From Trueperaceae bacterium (GTDB lineage: Bacteria > Deinococcota > Deinococci > Deinococcales > Trueperaceae): a DNA stretch of 64,000 nucleotides. This document shows, in pieces, positions 18,583-25,065 of this stretch. How positions within the stretch are numbered: position 1 is the stretch's first letter; every line of letters begins with the position of its first letter. The position numbers were made by a program, and so were the translations under genes. The stretch is taken from NCBI GenBank assembly GCA_965215565.1, contig CBDCDZ010000004.1, positions 1,120,001-1,184,000 on the forward strand, given 5' to 3'. Below the pieces are notes generated by a model. That model made no database searches. It was not told the origin of the DNA and saw only the letters and a list, made by a program, of their open reading frames with translations.

Positions 18583-18960
18583 ATGAAGAAAGGAGCAGGT
18601 CAAGCTTTTACGTTAGTTGAGTTACTTATCGTTATTGCTATTATCGGCGCTTTAGCAGCAGTTATGGTTCCAAATCTTCTACAAGCTCGCCATGCCGCTC
18701 AAGACCGTGCCACGCAAGCTTACGTTTACCAAGTGGTGCAAGGCGTTGAGGCAAAACGAGATTCAGTTGGACAGAGAATACCCTCAGTAGCAGCCTGTAA
18801 TGTATTTGCAGTTTTGATTACTGACCCTAAAAGCAGTGTTAAGCGATGCAAATATGTACCTGATGCTTCTACAGAAACTTACAAGATCACAGCAGAGAGC
18901 TTTTCAGGTAAGATATTCCAGTTTAACGGTGAAGAAATCGTTATTGCACCAAGCTACTAA
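18583..18960 (+). CDS. Second type IV pilin-like protein
   Basis: QA|FTLVELLIVIAIIGALAAVMVPNL, with a Cys pair. Codons are AT-rich. Confidence 0.88.
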   Translation: MKKGAGQAFTLVELLIVIAIIGALAAVMVPNLLQARHAAQDRATQAYVYQVVQGVEAKRDSVGQRIPSVAACNVFAVLITDPKSSVKRCKYVPDASTETYKITAESFSGKIFQFNGEEIVIAPSY

Positions 18961-19048
18961 GCACCTCATCACCCTGTAAATTCCAGGCGGCTTCTTTAGC
19001 CGTCTTTTTTCTTATCTTTAGGTCATCTCGCTGTATCATAAACCCGTG
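18961..19048 (+). repeat. TA-array repeat R0 (3' half degenerate)
   Basis: GCACCTCATC..GTAAATTCCAGGCGGCTTCTTTAGCCGTCTTTTTTCTT. Confidence 0.8.
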
Positions 19049-19062
19049 CGCATTTTCTTACG

Positions 19063-19332
19063 CTAAACCCTTTTGTAAACCTCTCGCCTATGCCCAACAA
19101 AGAATAGAGTCAACACTCTTTGCTCGTCATTGAGTTTGTAGACTGCGCGGTAGCTCCCTACGCGGAGTTTATAAAAACCTTTGAGGTCGGCGCTGAGCGC
19201 TTCGGGTTTGACGTTGCTCAGGTTCTCTGAAAGCTATCTAACTTTATTAAGGATGCGCTGAGCAACAGTGCGGTCTAGCGAAGCGAGGTCTTTTTGAGCT
19301 TCAGGTCGAAACGCAACCCCGTAGGGCGTCAC
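19063..19332 (-). pseudogene. RelE/ParE-family toxin with an internal stop codon
   Basis: Hand translation: MTPYGVAFRPEAQKDLASLDRTVAQRILNKVR*LSENLSNVKPEALSADLKGFYKLRVGSYRAVY...VGHRREVYKRV. In-frame TAG at 19234-19236. Confidence 0.85.
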
Positions 19333-19526
19333 CAGGAGAGCCCCAACTCCTCAGCGACGTCTTCGGCGGGAACGCTGGGTTCATTCGAGGTTTGAAGTCG
19401 CGCTTTCAGTGCGTCGCGGAGTTCGAGACCTTCGTCGGGGTCGCCTACAAGGTCCTCGAGCGCTTCCTCCACAGATTCTCGGACGAGCGCTTTGAACTGT
19501 TCGGGGGTAAAGTCTGAAACCTTCAT
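19329..19526 (-). CDS. Putative antitoxin paired with the RelE-like pseudogene
   Basis: Small acidic protein ending EDVAEELGLSW. GTGA overlap with the toxin. TATAAT lies 7 nt upstream of the ATG. Confidence 0.8.
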   Translation of the reverse strand: MKVSDFTPEQFKALVRESVEEALEDLVGDPDEGLELRDALKARLQTSNEPSVPAEDVAEELGLSW

Positions 19527-19537
19527 CAGCACCATTA

Positions 19538-19648
19538 TAGCAGGTATCATCTGGTTTGAGCCAATCTCACTAGGTAAAACGTCGCGTAGCACGCACTTTA
19601 GGAGATGATATCTGCGTGATTCAAGCTCAGTACTTCTGATAACCGCTA
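19538..19648. mobile_element. TAGCAG-family MITE-like element, copy A
   Basis: Starts TAGCAGGTATCATCTGGT and ends AACCGCTA. Shares blocks with the copies at 22392 and 51163. Confidence 0.65.
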
Positions 19649-19664
19649 TATAACACCCTATTAC

Positions 19665-19763
19665 TCCAGGCGGCTTCTTTAGCCGTCTTTTTCTTTGGCT
19701 TTTAGCCGCCGCGGGGCGTGCTATCCTAAGCGTATGAGCACCTTTGAGCGAACCGCGGTAGAG
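19665..19763 (+). repeat. TA-array repeat R1
   Basis: GGCGGCTTCTTTAGCCGTCTTTTTCTTTGGCTTTTAGCCGCC..GTGCTATCCTAAGCGTATGAGCACCTTTGAGCGAA. Confidence 0.92.
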
Positions 19764-19786
19764 CTTGAAAATGTTAGACTCCAGAG

Positions 19787-20044
19787 ATGAAGGTCAGGCA
19801 GTTTTCGATGAGGCTCTATCTGCAAAAGGCGTTACAGCTTGCCGAGTACGAGCGTGACGAAGATGGCGTGGTCGTGGCGCGTGTGCCTGGCGCAGACGGG
19901 TTTTACGCGCAGGGCGAGAGCGTGGAAGAGGCACGTTCGGAGCTTGCGGATGTTGTTGAAGGTAATGTGCTGCTCGCGTTGCAGCTCGGTTTAGAGGTTC
20001 CAAAACTTCCAGATATTGAATTCTTGGAACAAGACGTTGCCTAA
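19787..20044 (+). CDS. HicB-family antitoxin (short form)
   Basis: VARVPGADGFYAQGESVEEARSEL motif. TGnTAGACT lies 6 nt before the ATG. Confidence 0.85.
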   Translation: MKVRQFSMRLYLQKALQLAEYERDEDGVVVARVPGADGFYAQGESVEEARSELADVVEGNVLLALQLGLEVPKLPDIEFLEQDVA

Positions 20045-20258
20045 GCTGACGCCTCTTAAAAGTCGAGAGGTTATCCGAAAACTTCACAAGCTGGGCTTCG
20101 AGGGACCGTTTCCCGGTGGGCGACACTCTCGGATGGTGAAGCGCGAAACGGGACAAATCGTACCGATTCCGATTCACAGTAAAGAGGTCGGCGTGGGGCT
20201 GATTCGTGAGATTATCCGGCAGGTTGGTATCAGCCGCGACGAATGGATAGCGTTGTAA
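20037..20258 (+). CDS. HicA-family toxin
   Basis: REVIRKLHKLGF..GGRH..VPIPIH..IIRQVGISRDEW. Confidence 0.87.
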   Translation: MPKLTPLKSREVIRKLHKLGFEGPFPGGRHSRMVKRETGQIVPIPIHSKEVGVGLIREIIRQVGISRDEWIAL

Positions 20259-20354
20259 ATTCCGGGCGGCTTCTTTAGCCGTCTTTTTCTTTGGCTTTTA
20301 GCCGCCACGGGGTGTGCTATCCTAAGCGTATGAGCGCGCCCGAGCGAAGTGCGT
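20254..20354 (+). repeat. TA-array repeat R2
   Basis: Near-identical to R1. ATG at 20330. Confidence 0.92.
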
Positions 20355-20360
20355 TATCTA

Positions 20361-20741
20361 TTACCAGAGCCGCTTAATCGCGTAGGCGTCTAATGTCGCG
20401 TCTTTGCTTAGCAGCGGCAGTTTTTCATGAATACATTGCGCGACGAGGGTGCGGTCAAAGGGGTCACGGTGGTGAAAAGGGAGCGATGAGAGGATGTCTA
20501 GGTGTTCAGGCGTGATGGGCAGAAGTTCGAAGCCCAAACTCAAGGCTTCACCAACAAGCGCCGAAATGGGCGTGTCAAGCTCGAGCTTGCCGACAGAGAC
20601 CTTGATGGAAATTTCCCACGGACTGACGATGCTCAGCACAGGTTGATTCTCACCCTCTAAAATCTCAGCGGCGTACTCGCTCAGCCTAGCGTCATCCGTG
20701 CTGTACCAGAGGAAAGTATGGGTGTCGAGGATAAACCTCAT
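20361..20741 (-). CDS. VapC-family PIN-domain toxin
   Basis: LDTHTFLW, SPWEISIK and HRDPFDR motifs. Confidence 0.92.
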   Translation of the reverse strand: MRFILDTHTFLWYSTDDARLSEYAAEILEGENQPVLSIVSPWEISIKVSVGKLELDTPISALVGEALSLGFELLPITPEHLDILSSLPFHHRDPFDRTLVAQCIHEKLPLLSKDATLDAYAIKRLW

Positions 20742-20974
20742 TCGGGTAGGTAATTCTCAAAGCCTTCGGGGATGTCCTTGAAGTCTTCAGCGATCCGAAT
20801 TTTGCCTTTCGCAAAGCCTAGCCCGCCCCGTTTGTGTTTCTCTAACCGCTTGCGCTCAAGCGCTGTCTTGTGAAGCAAGAACTCTGCAAAGTCCTGTACT
20901 TCTCGCTGTTGCGGCTCTGGTAACTGGGGCAAGAGGTCATTGACCGCCTCGATGCTTGTTTTTTGATCAGCCAT
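20738..20974 (-). CDS. Antitoxin (DUF2281-like) paired with VapC
   Basis: LPEPQQREVQDFAEFL..GFAKGKIRIAEDF. ATGA overlap with vapC. Confidence 0.83.
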   Translation of the reverse strand: MADQKTSIEAVNDLLPQLPEPQQREVQDFAEFLLHKTALERKRLEKHKRGGLGFAKGKIRIAEDFKDIPEGFENYLPE

Positions 20975-21003
20975 AGGAGAAGTTTACTCCATTTTGCTTG
21001 TTT

Positions 21004-21097
21004 GGGCGGCTTTTCGCTGTCTTTTTCTTTGGCTTTCAGCCGCCATTAGGCGTGCTATCCTAAGCGTATGAGCACCTTTGAGCGAATCGCGGTAGAG
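21004..21097 (+). repeat. TA-array repeat R3; its ATG is the real start of the downstream antitoxin
   Basis: Same consensus as R1. ATG at 21068 opens MSTFERIAVE... Confidence 0.9.
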
Positions 21098-21274
21098 CCT
21101 GAATACATTACGGACCATGAAGGGCGCAAGACCAAGGTCGTTTTGCCTATCGAGGTATTTGAGGAACTGCTAGAAGACCTACATGACCTCTCGGTTGTCG
21201 CAGAGCGGCGTGATGAGCCTCTTCTTGCTTGGGAAGATGTGAAGCGTGACTTAGAGGAAGATGGCGCGTTATAG
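21068..21274 (+). CDS. Putative antitoxin paired with RelE
   Basis: YITDHEGRKTKVVLPIEVFEELLEDLHD..WEDVKRDL. Overlaps relE. Confidence 0.82.
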   Translation: MSTFERIAVEPEYITDHEGRKTKVVLPIEVFEELLEDLHDLSVVAERRDEPLLAWEDVKRDLEEDGAL

Positions 21275-21527
21275 GCTGCTTGCTCGTTCGTCTTTTCGAA
21301 AAGACCTCAAGAGGTTATCCAAAGACGTTGCCGCTCGGGTAGCGACTAAAGTTGAGCGTTTAGCCGAGGATCCTTTCCCGGCGGATAGCAAGAAATTGCA
21401 GGGTCATAAAGGGCTTTACCGTGTGCGTGTGGGCGCGTACCGAGTCGTATATGAGGTAGATCAAGAGGTCAAAATTATTGCGCTAACGTATGCGCGTCAC
21501 CGGAAGGACGTTTACCGGAACCTCTAA
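21261..21527 (+). CDS. RelE/ParE-family toxin
   Basis: KKLQG..LYRVRVGAYRVVYEVD..HRKDVYR. Confidence 0.92.
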   Translation: MARYRLLARSSFRKDLKRLSKDVAARVATKVERLAEDPFPADSKKLQGHKGLYRVRVGAYRVVYEVDQEVKIIALTYARHRKDVYRNL

Positions 21528-21535
21528 ACTCCCTT

Positions 21536-21640
21536 TGTGACTTCTGGGCGGCTTCTTTGGTTGCCTTTTCCTCTGCTTTTAGCCGCTACTAGGCGTGCTA
21601 TCCTAAGCGTATGAGTACGTTTGAGCGAACTGTAGTAAAG
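21536..21640 (+). repeat. TA-array repeat R4
   Basis: Diverged hairpin, conserved GGCGTGCTATCCTAAGCGTATGAG. Confidence 0.88.
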
Positions 21641-21673
21641 TCAGGGTGCAAACAGGCTTAAAGAGGGTGTTGC

Positions 21674-22003
21674 TTGGACATTCATAGCCCCGACGTTATT
21701 TTAGAACGTATCAAAGCTCAGGCGGCAGCAGACAATCTCGTTTTAACGCTCCACGCGGCGGAAGAGATGCAAGACGAGGCGGTGTTGTTAGATGAGGTCT
21801 TAGTGGCTCTAGCTGACGGCAGTGTGCTCGAAAACTACCCTACCTTTTATAAAGGTCCGTGCTGCTTAGTCTGTGGACGCGGCAGTCAGGGGCGTTATCT
21901 GCACATCGTCTGCTCGACTTCGCGCCCAAAACTCTTTATCATTACGGTGTATGAGCCGAAACCGCCGAAGTGGGTAACGCCTACCGAAAGAGGTCAGAAA
22001 TGA
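21674..22003 (+). CDS. DUF4258-domain protein (putative toxin)
   Basis: TLHAAEEM, ENYP..GPCCLV, LHIVC and ITVYEP..W motifs. Confidence 0.82.
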   Translation: MDIHSPDVILERIKAQAAADNLVLTLHAAEEMQDEAVLLDEVLVALADGSVLENYPTFYKGPCCLVCGRGSQGRYLHIVCSTSRPKLFIITVYEPKPPKWVTPTERGQK

Positions 22004-22233
22004 ACTGCCGAATGGAATGCCCTGGAAGCTACGAACCCAAAACGATCCTCTTTCGCGGCAAGCAGAAGGACGAAACGGTTATGATTGATGACGTACCCGC
22101 TTTGGTTTGTCAGGTGTGCGGCGATACGGTTTTAGAACCTGATGTGGTGCGGCATATCGAAGAACTGTTGCACTCTGAGGAAGAGCCGAGCAAGCAGTAT
22201 CCCGTTTTTACATTTGCACAAAAAGCTGCTTAG
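22000..22233 (+). CDS. YgiT/MqsA-type zinc-finger protein (putative antitoxin)
   Basis: CRMEC..DVPALVCQVCGD. ATGA overlap with the DUF4258 gene. Confidence 0.82.
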   Translation: MNCRMECPGSYEPKTILFRGKQKDETVMIDDVPALVCQVCGDTVLEPDVVRHIEELLHSEEEPSKQYPVFTFAQKAA

Positions 22234-22351
22234 CACCTCATCATCCCGTGAATTTCGGACGGCTTCTTTAGCCGTCTTTTTCCTTGGCTTTTAGCCGCCA
22301 CTAGGCGTGCTATCCTAAGCGTGTGAGCACGCCCAAGCGAAGTGCGGTAGA
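22233..22351 (+). repeat. TA-array repeat R5
   Basis: Shares the 5' extension GCACCTCATC with R0 and the 3' extension AAACAGGCTTAAAGAGG with R4. Confidence 0.9.
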
Positions 22352-22385
22352 ATCGGAATATAAACAGGCTTAAAGAGGTTGTTGC

Positions 22386-22601
22386 TTGGATTAGCAGGTA
22401 TCATCTGGTCAGAGTGTACGAAGTTTTGCGAAGCAACACTCTCACTTTGTGAAACGCTGTTTCACTGCGTGAAAACTTCGTAATTAGCACGTAACTTTAA
22501 GGGATGAAATCCCGCTAGTCCTACGGACAGAGACCTGCGTTCAACTGTCTCAGGGTGTCGTGAAACTGCTAGATGTTTATAGTCCTGACGTCATCTTAGA
22601 C
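22386..22601 (+). pseudogene. Relic of a second DUF4258 gene start, split by a MITE
   Basis: TTGGAT|MITE|GATGTTTATAGTCCTGACGTCATCTTAGA (DVYSPDVIL) matches DIHSPDVIL at 21677. Confidence 0.7.
22392..22571. mobile_element. TAGCAG-family MITE-like element, copy B
   Basis: Termini TAGCAGGT...AACTGCTA. Long identity to 51163-51318. Confidence 0.75.
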
Positions 22602-22607
22602 CAAAGC

Positions 22608-22640
22608 AAGAGCCCCACACTTGGCGGGGCTTCTCTTTTT
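22608..22640. terminator. Hairpin between the TA array and the tRNA operon
   Basis: GCCCC..GGGGC stem followed by a T-tract. Confidence 0.55.
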
Positions 22641-22662
22641 CCGTCCCTCACGGCTTCTCTTT

Positions 22663-22737
22663 TGGTAGGCGCGGGCAGGATTGAACTGCCGACCTCCACA
22701 GTGTCAGTGTGGCGCTCTCCCACTGAGCTACGCGCCT
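22663..22737 (-). tRNA. tRNA-Val(GAC)
   Basis: Reverse complement AGGCGCGTAGCTCAGTGGGAGAGCGCCACACT-GAC-ACTGTGGAGGTCGGCAGTTCAATCCTGCCCGCGCCTACCA. Confidence 0.96.
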
Positions 22738-22808
22738 ATACAAATAACTGGTTCTAAATTGACTTATGAGGTATCACCTTTTTGACGAGATGATACCTCC
22801 AAGCTTTT

Positions 22809-22883
<75 letters not shown>

Positions 22884-22893
22884 AAGGAAGAAG

Positions 22894-22922
22894 AGGATAT
22901 CACGCCGAAAAAAGGGTGTCAA
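22894..22922 (-). promoter_or_regulatory. Sigma70-type promoter of the tRNA operon
   Basis: TTGACA-17 bp-TATCCT on the minus strand. Confidence 0.8.
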
Positions 22923-23247
22923 CGCTAGGGGCGACGCCCCCAAGAAACCGTGAGCAACCCCCCAAAAACGGGGCAGCCCCCACGGATGTAGTGTTACAAA
23001 TTGTTTCTCTGTTTTGTTACAAATTATTTTTCGCGGAACTTGCATGTGAAAGAAGCGAAAGAAGTCGTATTCTTGCGTGAGAGAGCGTAATTCTGCCGGA
23101 GCGCTAGCGTGAAATAGTGGAATCATGAGAAACCCTCCGAAATGGGGTTCAGAGGGACAGTGTTGCAAATTAAATTGTTACAGATGGACAAAAATAGGGC
23201 TAAAACAGGCTGAATTCAGATACCCACCTTAAAATCGAAAGCGAAGG

Positions 23248-23949
23248 CTACTCGTCGTGAATGATGCGGGTTATGCGCCCGACGATCTCATCGACGCGGT
23301 CGATCTGGATGACGCTAGGTGTGCCGTTGGTGTGGGTGACGTTGCCGGACTGGAGGAAGCGTCCGAACTGATCGTCCTTTAGGACCTTGCAGACGTAGCC
23401 GTCATCGCGCAAACGCGCGACTACAGCGCTATTCGCGTGCCCTTTGTCGTTGCGGTTCACGACGACGGTGTCGCCGTGGTAGATGGGGCTCTTGCCCGCC
23501 TCCATCGAGTCGCCACGGATGCGAAACGCGACTAAATCTTTTCCCCGCGCGAAGCCCTCCTCTACCCAAATAACCTCGTCTAGGACGACTTCGTGCCGGT
23601 CTGGACCTGCGCCGACCCACCCTGCAACACTGACTCTGACCTGCGTAGGGCGCAGCGTATCCGCGCCTGGGGCATCTGGCTCTACGAGGTAGACAAGTTC
23701 ATGTGTAGGCACCTCCAGCGCCTCTGCAAGCTGCATCAGAAAGGCTAGGCTAGGTACCTTCCAGGCGTGTGGCGCGGACTCTGGACGCCCTCTTACAAGC
23801 TCGTACAGCGTACTCTTTCCTAGCCCGAAGTGTCTAGCGAACTGCGTTATGTTCTCAATCCCCAATTCTCGCATCCGAGTCGTTATGAGATGGTTGAGTG
23901 GTCCCCTAAGTTTTTTGACCGCTGTCTTTTTTGCTTGTAGTCTTTCCAT
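23248..23949 (-). CDS. XRE HTH + S24 peptidase (CI/LexA-like) repressor
   Basis: N-terminal HTH, GWVGAG cleavage-site motif, GDSM serine and VCKVL lysine. Leaderless TACACT-N7-ATG. Confidence 0.88.
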   Translation of the reverse strand: MERLQAKKTAVKKLRGPLNHLITTRMRELGIENITQFARHFGLGKSTLYELVRGRPESAPHAWKVPSLAFLMQLAEALEVPTHELVYLVEPDAPGADTLRPTQVRVSVAGWVGAGPDRHEVVLDEVIWVEEGFARGKDLVAFRIRGDSMEAGKSPIYHGDTVVVNRNDKGHANSAVVARLRDDGYVCKVLKDDQFGRFLQSGNVTHTNGTPSVIQIDRVDEIVGRITRIIHDE

Positions 23950-23973
23950 GAAGGCAAGTGTAAAGAAAATCAC

Positions 23974-24002
23974 TTGACTTGTCCAGAGGTTTGGAATAAG
24001 CT
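23974..24002 (+). promoter_or_regulatory. Promoter of the Cro-like gene, divergent from the repressor
   Basis: TTGACT-17 bp-TAAGCT. Confidence 0.65.
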
Positions 24003-24031
24003 TTGACTACGTTTTGGAAAAGGAGGCGTTA

Positions 24032-24262
24032 GTGTTACACAAGAGGATTCAAAAAAGGAGCGAGGAATTAGGGCTAAACCAGAGCGATTTAGCCCGTCGC
24101 TCAGGGCTCTCGACGTCGTATATAGGCTATATCTGGCATGGTGTACACGGAAGGAACATGAGTTATCAGACCATGTTGAAGTTAAAGAAAGCGTTAAGAG
24201 TGCCCCTCTCTTTTTTCTCTGAAGATGACGTAGTTTTGGAAAAACGGCATGTCGAGGTTTAG
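24032..24262 (+). CDS. Small XRE/Cro-like HTH protein
   Basis: SD AGGAGG before the GTG, and LGLNQSDLARRSGLSTSYIGYI. Confidence 0.85.
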   Translation: MLHKRIQKRSEELGLNQSDLARRSGLSTSYIGYIWHGVHGRNMSYQTMLKLKKALRVPLSFFSEDDVVLEKRHVEV

Positions 24263-24698
24263 CTCGGAAAGGGGGGTGAGCCTCTTAACGACCCGAGAGT
24301 GTGGACAGTTGTTTCGCAAAACGGTAAAGACGATTAAGCGAGCAATGAAGCGTAACGACGTTTATGTCGAGTACCACATGATTCCCTTTGGGCGCGGCTC
24401 GAGTCGCACTGCTTACATCGACCCCTCCACGCTTCCCTTCGAGCGAAGTGAGCAGAGGAACGAAACACACTTTCGTTCCAAAGGCGTTTTGGCAGAGGGA
24501 CATTTTGAGCGCTTAGCAGAGGGACACGCCCGAGTAGAAGGACATTTAGAATTTAGTCCGCCTGAAACGCAAAAACGCAAGGAAAAGACCCAAGACAGCA
24601 CTGCTGTTCACGCCGGGGGGCTCGGAGGTCTAGCAGCGGCTGCCGCGCAACGCTACCCCGCACGTATCAGTTTACATGACGCACGCGCCTCTTCATAG
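24249..24698 (+). pseudogene. ORF with an N-terminal MuA-like DNA-binding pattern and no catalytic core (probable truncated transposase)
   Basis: LTTRECGQL...GRGS..YIDPSTLP pattern, in the third position after a repressor/cro pair. Confidence 0.4.
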
Positions 24699-24762
24699 CG
24701 CCTTGCCCTAATTTGACTATCCACCTTACACGTTACCTTAAATTTTAAGGTACAATACTTTT

Positions 24763-24957
24763 ATGGAAAACTTCACACTCCTGAGCGAAGCTATTACGCC
24801 AGAGATTGCCGTGCTCCTCCGGGCGGCGTTCGTCGCGGCGCTCCTCTTCGGGCTCGAGACGCTCGGCAACGCGAGACGCAAAGCGGCGCGCGCAGAGGTA
24901 ACACAAGCAGAGCGCCCCGAGAGGCGACTCGTAAAAAAGCGGATCGTCAAAGCTTAA
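24763..24957 (+). CDS. Small hypothetical membrane protein
   Basis: TACAAT lies 6 nt before the ATG. One hydrophobic segment and a basic tail. Confidence 0.5.
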   Translation: MENFTLLSEAITPEIAVLLRAAFVAALLFGLETLGNARRKAARAEVTQAERPERRLVKKRIVKA

Positions 24958-25065
24958 AAAAGGCGTGAGAGAGGTCTGTAAAGAGAAGTTTGCAGGTGCG
25001 CGAGGTCCGCTGACCCGTACCCACAACCTTTGACTCAACCTCTCCGGGCACTGTTATATTGAGCT

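Noticed and set aside
18961..22351. TA-array repeats as CRISPR repeats or canonical integron attC sites
   Set aside because: The intervals are whole gene pairs of 500-750 bp. I see no RYYYAAC/GTTRRRY cores, attI or integrase.
22663..22700. tRNA-Val 3' end as the att site of an integrated island containing the TA array
   Set aside because: I could not find a duplicated tRNA 3' segment at the other side of the array, or an integrase.
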